Below are positions 41,862 to 51,598 of a stretch of 64,000 nt of DNA, piece by piece (positions within the stretch are counted from its first letter, which is position 1; every line of letters starts with the position of its first letter). Under the pieces are notes generated by a model. The model was not told the origin of the DNA. It made no database searches and worked only from the letters and a program-made list of their open reading frames with translations. The position numbers and the translations under genes are program-made. Source of the DNA: Nitrospirota bacterium. GTDB taxonomy: Bacteria > Nitrospirota > UBA9217. Location: assembly GCA_963818475.1 (NCBI GenBank), contig CAWFSF010000002.1, positions 786,497 through 850,496 on the forward strand. Direction: 5' to 3'.

Positions 41862-42173
41862 ATGGTAAAATACATTTTGTGTGCTGCAGTGCTTGTGGTG
41901 TGCTCCCTGGCGGTGTATGCTCCCAACACGTTTGCCGATGAGCAGAAGTACGAACTGAAGTCCGCGGCAGCAACGGTCAGGGACGTTCTGGCGGAAAACA
42001 TGGGCAAGCGGGTGATCGTGCGCATGGAAACCGGCGACGATCTGGAAGGCACCGTGAGCAGGGTCGGGGACAGCCTGGTGCATATCTCGAAGCTCTCAGG
42101 CAGGGATTTCTACGATGCCGTGGTCCGGATGGATAAGATCAGCGCCGTCCTGTTCAAAGTGCGGGGCAACTGA
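41862..42173 (+). CDS. Small secreted protein (Sm/SH3-like fold possible)
   Basis: AGGAGG RBS, signal peptide, GKRV.V....G..LEG.V. Confidence 0.75.
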   Translation: MVKYILCAAVLVVCSLAVYAPNTFADEQKYELKSAAATVRDVLAENMGKRVIVRMETGDDLEGTVSRVGDSLVHISKLSGRDFYDAVVRMDKISAVLFKVRGN

Positions 42174-42335
42174 CTCTCCTCGTTCCGGAAGGTAGTGGTA
42201 ATGAGCAAGACTTTATGGTTCAATTAAGCCTTGAGGAATTCAACAACTTGAAATTCCATTTTGGAACATCAAGTCGGGGTGGGACATGACCCGATGGATC
42301 TGAAAACGACCATTAAAAAGGAAGGAGAATCGATC

Positions 42336-43007
42336 ATGAAACGCAAAATAGGTGCTCTGCTGTCATTCTTTATCTGCCTTGTTTTATTGTCTTTGGTCCA
42401 GGCTGCGTCTGCCGGCAATGCAAGTGCGGAGCAGAAAGAAAAGGCGGCGATTTACATCTTGTCCACGACCGACACGAGCAGTGTTACAGACGGGGAGCTC
42501 GCACGGGTCTACCGGGAGGCTGATGCCAGTTTAATATATCAGATCAGGGACGGGCTCGCATCACGGGGAATGAAAGTAAACATCATAGGGTCCGAGCAGG
42601 ACATCGCAGCGGACCCCACACGGTTTATTCTGCTCGTCAAGGTGGAAAAAATAGAACTGGGCGGGAAAAGGCCGTTCGGCCGTACCGCAAAGGTGAAGGT
42701 CAGCTATACCGTGCAGAACAAAGACCGGATCGATCTCATCGGGAGATCTCATGAAGAGACGTCCGTTCAGCGATGGGAGAATTGCGTAAAAAAGATCAGC
42801 GAACAGCTCGTGGACGATGTTTCCAATGATGTTGCAAAGAAGTCCGTCTCCACCAGGCCGGAAGTTAAGCAGGATAAAGAAAAAGAGGCGCCGGCAGGAT
42901 CGTCGGCTGAGGCAAGACTTCAGGAACTCAAGAAACTGAAGGCCAAGGGTCTGATAACGGAGAAGGAATACGAAATAAAGCGGAAAGAAATTTTAAAGGA
43001 GTTGTAA
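42336..43007 (+). CDS. Secreted SHOCT-domain protein
   Basis: Signal peptide; C-terminal RLQELKKLKAKGLITEKEYEIKRKEIL. Confidence 0.85.
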   Translation: MKRKIGALLSFFICLVLLSLVQAASAGNASAEQKEKAAIYILSTTDTSSVTDGELARVYREADASLIYQIRDGLASRGMKVNIIGSEQDIAADPTRFILLVKVEKIELGGKRPFGRTAKVKVSYTVQNKDRIDLIGRSHEETSVQRWENCVKKISEQLVDDVSNDVAKKSVSTRPEVKQDKEKEAPAGSSAEARLQELKKLKAKGLITEKEYEIKRKEILKEL

Positions 43008-43048
43008 TTGGCTGGCTGGATGAAGGCGAAAGGGTTGAACAGGAAGGC

Positions 43049-43591
43049 ATGTTGATACTTGATCCGAAAGGCAAGCGCGGCTATCGCTCCGTTGTATTCG
43101 ATGTAGAGACCACAGGGTTGTCAACAAGGCTGGGGGACCGGGTCATCGAGATCGGCGCTGTTGCCATCGAGGGGAACAAGGTCGTTGATGAGTTCCACAG
43201 CCTGATACAGGTCAACCAGCCGATCAATCCTTTTGCCCAGGCGGTGCATGGCATTACGGAAGAGATGCTGAAAGGTCAGCCGACCGCCGATCTCGTCATG
43301 CCGAAATTCCACAAGTTCATCCGGAAAAGCCTTCTGGTGGCGCATAATGCGAGTTTCGATGTTCGATTCATGAGCCACGAATTTTCCCTGCTGAAATTCG
43401 ATCTGAACAACGTCTGTTTCTGCACCTTGAAGCTCGGAAGAAGCATGTTCCCCGCGCTGGCAAAACATGATCTGGTAACGCTCTATCAGCAGTTTTATAA
43501 GAAGCCGCCCAGGGAGATGCATCGTGCGCTGCAGGACGCGCGAACCACTGCCAAGATCTGGGTGAAGATGGAGCGTAAGCTGCTTGTCTGA
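43049..43591 (+). CDS. DEDDh 3'-5' exonuclease (DnaQ-like)
   Basis: VFDVETTG, VAHNASFD, HRALQDA. Confidence 0.9.
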   Translation: MLILDPKGKRGYRSVVFDVETTGLSTRLGDRVIEIGAVAIEGNKVVDEFHSLIQVNQPINPFAQAVHGITEEMLKGQPTADLVMPKFHKFIRKSLLVAHNASFDVRFMSHEFSLLKFDLNNVCFCTLKLGRSMFPALAKHDLVTLYQQFYKKPPREMHRALQDARTTAKIWVKMERKLLV

Positions 43592-43805
43592 ATGAAGTGA
43601 AGCATTCGGTGGAGAAGGTAAAGGGGACCAGTCAGAAGGTATTAGTTCCCCGGGTAGTGAGCGGTCTGGCGGGAACAGAGAACTGGCCGTCGATGTTTTT
43701 GACAAGCAGTAAACGGTGGATGTCAAAATAAAAGAAACCCTAAGAAGTCCTCGACCATGAAAATCGAACGTGACATATTCGATTTTCATGGTATACTTAC
43801 CGCCG

Positions 43806-44990
43806 ATGATAAAACGTGAAAAACTGATGCAGGAGGTTCGGTCCGCCATAAGGAGGAGCCGTGCGGTTGCGCTCATCGGACCGCGGCAGTGCGGGAAGAC
43901 CACGCTGGCGCGGAAGCTTGTGTCTCCCGATTCCCCCAATTACCTCGATCTTGAAGACCCGTCAAGCATTGCCCGCCTTGATCAACCCATGATCGCGCTC
44001 GGCAGTCTGAAAGGGCTCGTGGTCATCGATGAAGTTCAACGGAGGCCCGATCTATTCCCGGTGCTTCGGGTGTTGGCGGATCGGAAACCCCTGCCTGCCC
44101 GTTTCTTGATCCTGGGCAGCGCGTCGCCTGAACTGCTCAGGCAGTCATCTGAATCCCTGGCCGGACGGATCGAAACAATCCCCATGAGCGGTTTCAGTAT
44201 GGCCGAGGTCGGGAAGCCCGCGCAGCCTCGACATTGGCTGCGGGGCGGTTTCCCTCCCTCCTTTCTTTCGCGGGCCGAATCGGACAGCCTGGCATGGAGA
44301 AAGAACTTCATTCAGACCTTCCTGGAGCGGGATCTGCCCCAGTGGGGCTTCGGGGCGCCATCGGCAGCGATGCTGCGATTCTGGACCATGCTTGCTCACT
44401 ACCATGGCCAGATCTGGAACGCAGCGGAGCCCGCACGATCCCTCGGAGTGAGCGAGCCCACGGTGCGGCGATATCTCGACATTCTCTCCGGGGTATTTAT
44501 GGTGCGCCAGCTTCTCCCGTGGCATGCCAACCTGAAAAAGAGGCAGGTCAAGGCGCCCAAGATCTACTTCCGAGACACGGGTTTGCTGCACCACCTGCTG
44601 GGCATCCGATCGGAAAAAGAGTTGCTGGGCCACCCGAAAAGCGGCGCATCCTGGGAAGGATATGTGATCGAAGAAACGATCAAGGCGATTGAACCTGACG
44701 AGGCCTACTATTGGGCAACCCACGGCGGGGCTGAGATAGACCTGCTCCTGGTGAAGGATGGCCGCCTCCTGGGAGTGGAATGCAAGCGCATGGACGCACC
44801 GCGAATGACGCCATCAATGCGAACTGCGTTGGAAGAGTTGAAGCTTGAACAGATCGCAGTGGTGTATCCGGGAACGAAGCGGTATTCACTGGGAGACAAC
44901 GTGGCCGCTGTTCCTCTTGAAGCCGTGGCAGATGGAATGAAGGGGCTGTTCCCGAAAAAGAGCAACCCTAACAATGCCAGGGTGCGGTAA
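43806..44990 (+). CDS. AAA_14 ATPase with DUF4143
   Basis: GPRQCGKTT, IDEVQ, LGSAS...ESLAGR, GGFP, KIYFRDTG, EIDLL...ECK. Confidence 0.9.
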   Translation: MIKREKLMQEVRSAIRRSRAVALIGPRQCGKTTLARKLVSPDSPNYLDLEDPSSIARLDQPMIALGSLKGLVVIDEVQRRPDLFPVLRVLADRKPLPARFLILGSASPELLRQSSESLAGRIETIPMSGFSMAEVGKPAQPRHWLRGGFPPSFLSRAESDSLAWRKNFIQTFLERDLPQWGFGAPSAAMLRFWTMLAHYHGQIWNAAEPARSLGVSEPTVRRYLDILSGVFMVRQLLPWHANLKKRQVKAPKIYFRDTGLLHHLLGIRSEKELLGHPKSGASWEGYVIEETIKAIEPDEAYYWATHGGAEIDLLLVKDGRLLGVECKRMDAPRMTPSMRTALEELKLEQIAVVYPGTKRYSLGDNVAAVPLEAVADGMKGLFPKKSNPNNARVR

Positions 44991-45112
44991 ATACCAAAAT
45001 AAAAGACCTGACACTCGGGTCCTGACACTCGGGTCCGTGCCGAGAGCAGGCGATTGAAAACGAGGAATGTCAAGCCGCAAGACTGACCCCCGGAGGGTTC
45101 CCAGGAGTGAAC

Positions 45113-46102
45113 ATGCTTACGGCAAGAACGAAACTCTCACCCGTGTTTTTGCTGTTCGGCGCGGCACTTTTACTCGTAGTATTGACCACGCTTGCGCTGG
45201 GCGCCCTGTGGGGAAATACACCGTTCGTCAATGAGCCCCTCCATTCAGCGCTCGAGGCCCTGGGCGCGATGGCCGCGGTCGTCATGGCGATATTTCTTCT
45301 GCAGGGCAAATCAGAACAGGATATCGAGAAATATTCTCCCCTCGCCATCGGCTTTCTCTCCATGGGCATCCTGGACGGCTTTCACGCCGTCTCCGGACGC
45401 GGACACAGCTTTATCCTGTTTCACAGCGTCGCAAGTCTCGCCGGCGGTCTCGGCTCCGCGCTCATCTGGTCACCCCACTATGTGAACCGCTCAATAAAAA
45501 CAGACAGGCAGCTTGCATGGACGATCGCGGGGAGTCTGATCGTACTCGGAGTCCTTACGGTCCGGTATCAACAATGGATCCCGGCGATGGTGGAAAACGA
45601 CGTTTTTACCCCGGCCGCAATAACGATCAACCTCGCTGCCGGGGTTTTGTTCATCGCCGCCTTCGTTTATTTTCTGGTCGATTTCTTCCGCTTTCATAAG
45701 AGCGAATCCTATCTCTTTTCCTGCCTGTATCTACTCTTCGGTCTGGCCGAGCTGGAGTTTCCCTTCTCCGCGGCCTGGAACGCGCAATGGTGGTTCTGGC
45801 ACTTGCAGCGCCTGGGAGCATATCTTGTCGTCCTCTATTTTCTGTTTCACACGTTTCATCGGATCGCGCTCGAAAGAAACCAGCTTATCCTTCAACTCCA
45901 TGAAGCTTTCGGGGAAGTCAAGCAGTTAAGCGGTTTACTGCCGATCTGCTGCTCCTGCAAAAAGATACGGAACGACAAGGGCAGCTGGAAACACATAGAA
46001 GCCTATATCAGCGAACATTCGGAAGCGGAGTTCACCCACGGACTGTGCCCTGAATGTTCAAAGAGGGCTTTTGACGAGTTGAGCGAGCTAACAAAAAAAT
46101 AA
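45113..46102 (+). CDS. Membrane sensor (MASE3-like) with C-terminal Cys-rich domain
   Basis: About 8 TM helices, HSALE and MGILDGFHA; C-terminal LLPICCSCKKIR...W...E.Y...H..AEFTHGLCPEC. Confidence 0.75.
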   Translation: MLTARTKLSPVFLLFGAALLLVVLTTLALGALWGNTPFVNEPLHSALEALGAMAAVVMAIFLLQGKSEQDIEKYSPLAIGFLSMGILDGFHAVSGRGHSFILFHSVASLAGGLGSALIWSPHYVNRSIKTDRQLAWTIAGSLIVLGVLTVRYQQWIPAMVENDVFTPAAITINLAAGVLFIAAFVYFLVDFFRFHKSESYLFSCLYLLFGLAELEFPFSAAWNAQWWFWHLQRLGAYLVVLYFLFHTFHRIALERNQLILQLHEAFGEVKQLSGLLPICCSCKKIRNDKGSWKHIEAYISEHSEAEFTHGLCPECSKRAFDELSELTKK

Positions 46103-46129
46103 ATCAGAGACAGGAATGGTAGAATATCT

Positions 46130-46417
46130 ATGACGATGGCTTGGAAGGAAGTGACCGTTGAGGAGCTGGCAAAAACGCTGGGCGCAAATGTCGCCGGGGC
46201 GCGCGAGAAGCAGCGGCTGGTCAAATTGATCGTCAAAACGCGGAAGGACAAGGACCTGTCGCAGGCCGCTCTTGCAAGGAAGCTCGGGATCAGCCAGGCG
46301 CGGGTGGCGCAGATCGAGTCCGGCGTCGGCACGGCGAAGGTCACCTTTGATGTGCTCTTCAACATGCTGGTCGCCCTGGGACTTGACTATAAAGTGGTGA
46401 CGAGGAAGGCGGCGTAA
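46130..46417 (+). CDS. XRE-family HTH antitoxin-like regulator
   Basis: LSQAALARKLGISQARVAQIESG. Confidence 0.85.
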   Translation: MTMAWKEVTVEELAKTLGANVAGAREKQRLVKLIVKTRKDKDLSQAALARKLGISQARVAQIESGVGTAKVTFDVLFNMLVALGLDYKVVTRKAA

Positions 46418-46583
46418 GGGGAAATGCTACAAAGGAGACCTGATCCTCTGCGGTCTATTTTGACATTGCCTGGCATTTATGTTAGATTGTTTTACCTCAA
46501 GGCGCTGATTTTCTATGGAAATAAAATATTCAGAAAGAGCGGTCAAATAGCTTTCGAAGTAAAGCACAGGCAAGAGGCATACC

Positions 46584-46769
46584 ATGATTAAGACTCAGAT
46601 CGTGAAAGAAAACGACAAGCCGGTTGCGGTTGTCCTCGATTATAAGGAATATCTGCGGCTCAAGGAAATCGAACAAGATAAAAAGGACTATTATTCCGCG
46701 TTGCAGGTGAAAATGAAGAACAAAAAATGGACAAGTCACAAGGATTTAAAGAAAGCGATAGGACTATAA
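46584..46769 (+). CDS. Phd/YefM-like antitoxin (orphan)
   Basis: KPVAVVLDYKEYLRL and C-terminal S..DLKK.IGL. Confidence 0.7.
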   Translation: MIKTQIVKENDKPVAVVLDYKEYLRLKEIEQDKKDYYSALQVKMKNKKWTSHKDLKKAIGL

Positions 46770-46905
46770 TATAAGAGTGTTAAGCAAAGACTTGACAGGT
46801 GCGCGGTCGTTTACTGTCGTTATAAGAATAGTCCAAGCCGGTTAAAATGAGTAAAATCATCTTTGACCGGCTTTCCTTTTTTCAAAGAAAAATCCACAGG
46901 CTTTC

Positions 46906-46979
46906 ACGGAGCAGGCCATCCCGCGGCGCGAGTTGGATATCATCGATAAGAAGTTGAAGGAGATATGACCATGGCTTGG
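46906..46979 (+). pseudogene. Toxin-antitoxin junction remnant
   Basis: TEQAIPRRELDIIDKKLKEI* (HigB/Gp49-like C-terminus) overlapping by ATGA into MTMAW, the same start as the 46130 protein. Confidence 0.55.
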
Positions 46980-47083
46980 ACACCTGTCATTTCCGACAGG
47001 TGACATCGAGTACTCAATCAGCTATACTCATGCAGCAAATTGTCGAGCCTGACCCTGCGAGCGTTACCCCATTGGAGGTTCCC

Positions 47084-47350
47084 ATGAAAAAAACAGCGAT
47101 CAGTTTCCTTGTAGTCACTCTGCTCCTGGTTCTGGCGGGTGCAGCGCTCGCGGGCGAGAAGCTCGGGGCCGTAGCGGCGGTTGATGTAGAAAAAGGCGTG
47201 ATAGTACTCAAGGACAATACGCAGTTTGACGGCGTGGCGGCATCGCTGCTCAAGGGGTGGAAGAACGGCGACAATGTAATGGTGATCTACAAGGAAGAAG
47301 GCGGAAAGAAGGTCGTGACCAGGATAATGCCGCCGCCGATCGGCTGCTGA
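47084..47350 (+). CDS. Small secreted OB-fold-like protein
   Basis: GGAGG RBS, signal peptide ending ALA, G.V.AVD and GD.V.V.Y. Confidence 0.7.
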   Translation: MKKTAISFLVVTLLLVLAGAALAGEKLGAVAAVDVEKGVIVLKDNTQFDGVAASLLKGWKNGDNVMVIYKEEGGKKVVTRIMPPPIGC

Positions 47351-47604
47351 GCTGGAGAGGCTATTGGGGATCCCGCTCGATGTGTGACATGCTTTTTATC
47401 AAGAGTAAAGAAGTGCCCCCAATAACCGACGAGAAGGACCTGTCTATAAGGGGCCTGAGGTGCTTCCGGGAAAATGGTCAGGAAGAAAGATAAACTGACC
47501 AGGGGTTGGGTCGAGTGGGTAGATAACTCATGTTTTAAGTCTGCATCAGCCCCGAATCGGCCCGAGTCGGCCTCCGCTGTAAGACTCATCGGAGAAGTTT
47601 ATAA

Positions 47605-48420
47605 ATGCCAAGCGGAAAACCATGGACAAACGATGAACTCATGATTGCGATGAATCTTTATTGCAAACTCCCGTTTGGTCAGCTTCGTCACGGGAATCCC
47701 TTGATAATTGAGGTTGCGCGGAAGCTAGGTAGAACGCCGAGCAGTCTTTCGATGAAGCTTTGCAATCTCGCTTCTCTAGATCCATATCACCAAGCACGCG
47801 GGATAAAGGGCCTTAGCAGCACAAGTAGAGCGGACAGGGAAATATGGAACGAGTTTAACTCTGATTGGGCAAGGTTGGGCGTGGAGAGCGAGGAGAAATT
47901 GCAGTTGCTTCTTGGAGAGATTGTTGAGGATGGGCCAAGTATTTCTGCGACAAAAAGAAGGCTCAGAAAACAAGCAACCATAAAAATGCCCACGTATGAG
48001 CCTACTGGCCCAACGGAAACGTTTATGACAGCTAAAGCACGATTAGGCCAACGATTTTTTCGTCAGAGCGTGCTTGCCTCCTATAACTGCCGGTGCTGCG
48101 TTACTGGCAATCCTATCCCGGAACTGCTTGTTGCCAGCCATATTCTTTCTTGGGGTGATTATCCGGAGCATCGACTAAATCCCAGAAATGGACTATGTCT
48201 TGCACAAACACAAGACGCCGCTTTTGACAAGGGGTTGATTACCTTTGACGAAGATTATAGACTCGTTCTAGGTCCATATCTGAGGGAATTTCTTCCGAAC
48301 GAAGCCTTGAAACGGAATTTTCTTGCCTATGAAGGAAAACAGATACAAATGCCGGATAAATTCTTGCCCGTGTCAGATTTTATGCAAAAACACCGCGACG
48401 AAGTATTTCATCGGAGATAG
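47605..48420 (+). CDS. HNH endonuclease (putative restriction nuclease)
   Basis: R.GQ.FFRQSVL.SY..RCCVTG, LLVASHI, NPRNGLCL, AFDKGLI. Confidence 0.85.
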   Translation: MPSGKPWTNDELMIAMNLYCKLPFGQLRHGNPLIIEVARKLGRTPSSLSMKLCNLASLDPYHQARGIKGLSSTSRADREIWNEFNSDWARLGVESEEKLQLLLGEIVEDGPSISATKRRLRKQATIKMPTYEPTGPTETFMTAKARLGQRFFRQSVLASYNCRCCVTGNPIPELLVASHILSWGDYPEHRLNPRNGLCLAQTQDAAFDKGLITFDEDYRLVLGPYLREFLPNEALKRNFLAYEGKQIQMPDKFLPVSDFMQKHRDEVFHRR

Positions 48421-48429
48421 TGATATTTT

Positions 48430-49281
48430 ATGCCCCTCGATGAATCCTACATTTACCGAAAGGAAGTCGATTGGTCGTTACTCCACGAGGGGTTGACGAT
48501 TCCAGTTCGCCTTCAGATTGCATTTAGGAGTCTGCTCGATGTATACGAGCGGGGCGTTGGCAGAAAAGTCAGTCTTCTCGTCGATGGTCAGCCGTTCGAG
48601 GCGATGCTGATAAACCAAGCTTTTGACCGCGAGAAATTTGCTCATCATTCTGATGTGGTGCAGATTCGGTTTACTGCAAAGAGTGGCCTGCCTCGGAAGC
48701 TCCAGGAAATCTTTTCAGCAAGCTACAATTACCTTAAAAAAGAACGAGAACAGGCGCAGGGAAGAAGGACCTTTGTACGCCTGCCGGAGGACAGCCGGGA
48801 ATATTTCGTTCTTTATGCAAGCGCACGCCCAGAGGTCTTTGTTGTGGAGACGATTATTACGTCTGAAGTTAATGCGGTTAACACCATGCTAGCGGGGCTA
48901 ACAGAGGAGGAGTTCGAACGGTATGGTGAATTTGCTCGTCGTGACGAATCTGCTTCAATCGTAATGCGCCCGCAATTGGCAAAGGTTCGTAAGCTTGACC
49001 GTTCGATTGGCGAAGACTTAAAGACGCTCTATGATTTTCGGTGCCAAATCTGTGGCGATAACTTCGGTAAGCCCTTCGATCAGCGGATTGTCGAAGTTCA
49101 CCACATTATCCAGTTTGTTAGCTCTATGAACAATGATTATGACAATTTAATGGTGATTTGCTCAAATCATCACCGCGTCATCCATAAGGCTTCTCCAATT
49201 TTCGACCGTCAATCGCTGACACTGTCATATCCAAACGGCTATCAAGAGGTCTTCAAACTGGATATGCATTTCAATGCATGA
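48430..49281 (+). CDS. HNH endonuclease (McrA-like C-terminus)
   Basis: CQICG, EVHHI, NLMVICSNHH..IH. Confidence 0.85.
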   Translation: MPLDESYIYRKEVDWSLLHEGLTIPVRLQIAFRSLLDVYERGVGRKVSLLVDGQPFEAMLINQAFDREKFAHHSDVVQIRFTAKSGLPRKLQEIFSASYNYLKKEREQAQGRRTFVRLPEDSREYFVLYASARPEVFVVETIITSEVNAVNTMLAGLTEEEFERYGEFARRDESASIVMRPQLAKVRKLDRSIGEDLKTLYDFRCQICGDNFGKPFDQRIVEVHHIIQFVSSMNNDYDNLMVICSNHHRVIHKASPIFDRQSLTLSYPNGYQEVFKLDMHFNA

Positions 49282-49351
49282 TTCATATCTCGGGTTCATA
49301 TAGGGTCACTTCTTTGACCTTGACAGGCATAGCAAGGATAAAGAAGCGACC

Positions 49352-51265
49352 GTTCGCAGTAACAACTGATTATCTCGCGGGTTCAAGTCCCGCCCAAGGA
49401 GTTGTCCGTACACCTTGGTAGCACGAGGGAGCGGCGTCTGAGCAATCAGAGGTCGTGAGTTCCCAAACGGCAAAGCTACAGGCCGCAGCGAAAGCGAACC
49501 TACACGTAGCCTCGTAACTTATTCGGAGATGCCGACCTTGTGGTCAAATGGGGAAGGCCGATGCGCGCTGATTCAGACAACGGAATCGATCTGTGCGATC
49601 TCCCGGGGTAGCAGGGGCGGCATGCAGCGGAAGATAAGCAGTCCAGTGCTGGAGACCCCATACAGTGATGTTAGAGGAACATCAACCGGTGCGTATAAGG
49701 AAACGAAAACGCACTGGGCTGTATCGGGAGTCGGAGGGGTCCATAGTATCGTTTGAAGGTATGGGACAACATAACCCTGCCCGAGAAAAGGGACCCTGCT
49801 TTGTTCACGCAACCGAAGGAGAGAGGATGAGGGGATTGCAGAGATGCTAACAACCCCAGATACAATCAGGACACTCCAGAGGAAGCTCTACCGTAAGGCC
49901 AAGCAAGAACCGGCCTACCGCTTTTACGCGCTCTACGACAAGATACACCGGGCCGACATCCTCAGTCACGCCTACCATCTTGTCAGGGCCAACAAAGGAA
50001 GCGCCGGCATCGACGGCGTCACCTTCGAGGCCATAGAGACCGGAGAAGGGGTAATCGCCTTTTTGGCGGAGCTGCAAGAAGCACTGAAGAGCAAGACCTA
50101 TGCACCAAACCCTGTAAAGCGCGTCATGATCCCCAAAGGAGACGGCACAGAGCGTCCCTTGGGAATCCCGACCATTAGGGACAGGGTGGCCCAGATGGCC
50201 GTAAAACTGGTCATCGAACCGATATTTGAAGCGGATTTTATAGACACCTCATACGGATTCAGACCCAAGAAGTCGGCCCATGATGCAATCGAAGACATAT
50301 CGTATGCCCTTAACTGCGGTTATACGGAAGTCATCGACGCCGATGTGTCCAGGTACTTCGACACCATTCCCCATGCCAAACTCATGGCCGTGGTCGCCGA
50401 GCGCATCGTTGACAGTGCGATTCTGCACATTATCCAGATGTGGCTCAAGGCCCCCGGTTATGGAAGTGGACAAGGACGGAACGAAGCGCAACATCGGCGG
50501 CGGCAAGGCAAACACCAAAGGAACACCGCAGGGCGGTGTCATCTCGCCGCTCCTGGCCAATCTCTATCTGCACCTGTTAGATAGGATATGGCATAAGAAG
50601 AAGCTTCAGTATAGGCTCGAAGCGCGTCTTGTCCGGTATGCCGACGATTTTGTCGTGCTGTGCAGAAAGGGAACTGAGCAGCCGATGGCGGTTGTGCGCC
50701 GGGTGCTCGAACGACTGGGACTTGTACTCAATGAGAACAAGACCCGCATGGTGAACGCCAAGCAAGAAGGCTTCAACTTCCTTGGATTTGAACTTCGTAT
50801 GGGGAAAAGTCGGAGAACGGGCAACCTTTACCCCCTTATACAACCGTCACGAAAAGCCCTGAAGAAGATCAAAGACAGCGTTACCGCTCTTACACACAGG
50901 CGGATGACGCCGAAGCCGCTTACTATGATAATCGAAGATATCAATACCGCCCTCCGGGGCTGGGTCGGGTACTTTCATTACCGCAATAGCAGCAAGGCGT
51001 TCAATCGTCTCAAGTTTCATGTGGAAGCGCGAGTGCGCACGCATCTGCGAAAGCGGCATAAGATCAAAAGCAGGGCAGCGGGGTTTACCAGGTTCACCAA
51101 CAGGTCTTTGTACGAGAAGTATGGGCTCTATAAAGTGCCGACGACAGCGGGCTGGCTGAAGGCGCATGCCTTGCGGTGAAGAACATCGGAAAGCCGTGTG
51201 CGGGAAAACTGCATGCACGGTTTGATGAGGGAGGGCTGGTCAATACGACCAGCTCTCTACTCTAC
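49352..51265 (+). mobile_element. Group II intron
   Basis: Probable 5' end GTTCG; domain V AAGCCGTGTGCGGGAAAACTGCATGCACGGTTT; domain VI ending CTCTAC; internal RT ORF. Confidence 0.88.
49844..51179 (+). CDS. ltrA: Group II intron reverse transcriptase/maturase (one indel near 50455, no En domain)
   Basis: RPLGIPTIRDRVAQ, SYGFRP, GTPQGGVISPLLAN, RYADD, FLGF, GW.GYF. Confidence 0.92.
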
Positions 51266-51598
51266 CCAACCCTGTCGCCTATCAAATGGAATATAGACTG
51301 ATTTGGCACCCACAAAAACGCGGACAGGTAAAGGACCACCTTGATTTCAGTATCGGATCTCTTGACGACATTTGCGATTTATACATGCGATAGAACCTGC
51401 AAATGTACTATCCTTAGAACAGTGTTTTCAAGAAGGCTGAAACAAGAAAACTATGCCGAAGAAAAGTATCTTGGAAGAGTCGCAGACAGCAGTCTCAACC
51501 ACCCCGTACTCGGAGTTGTTGCGAGGATTCTTTATTATTGAGTAGACAAACTGCTAGTGGAAACATCTTTCAGGATTGAATAAATTGGGCATCATACT

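Noticed and set aside
49844-51179. Retron, DGR or defence-associated RT
   Set aside because: The RT has group II intron motifs and maturase domain X, and is followed by clear domains V and VI.
51453-51541. Short ORF before jetA as a fifth Wadjet gene
   Set aside because: About 29 codons with no recognisable domain; more likely a remnant.
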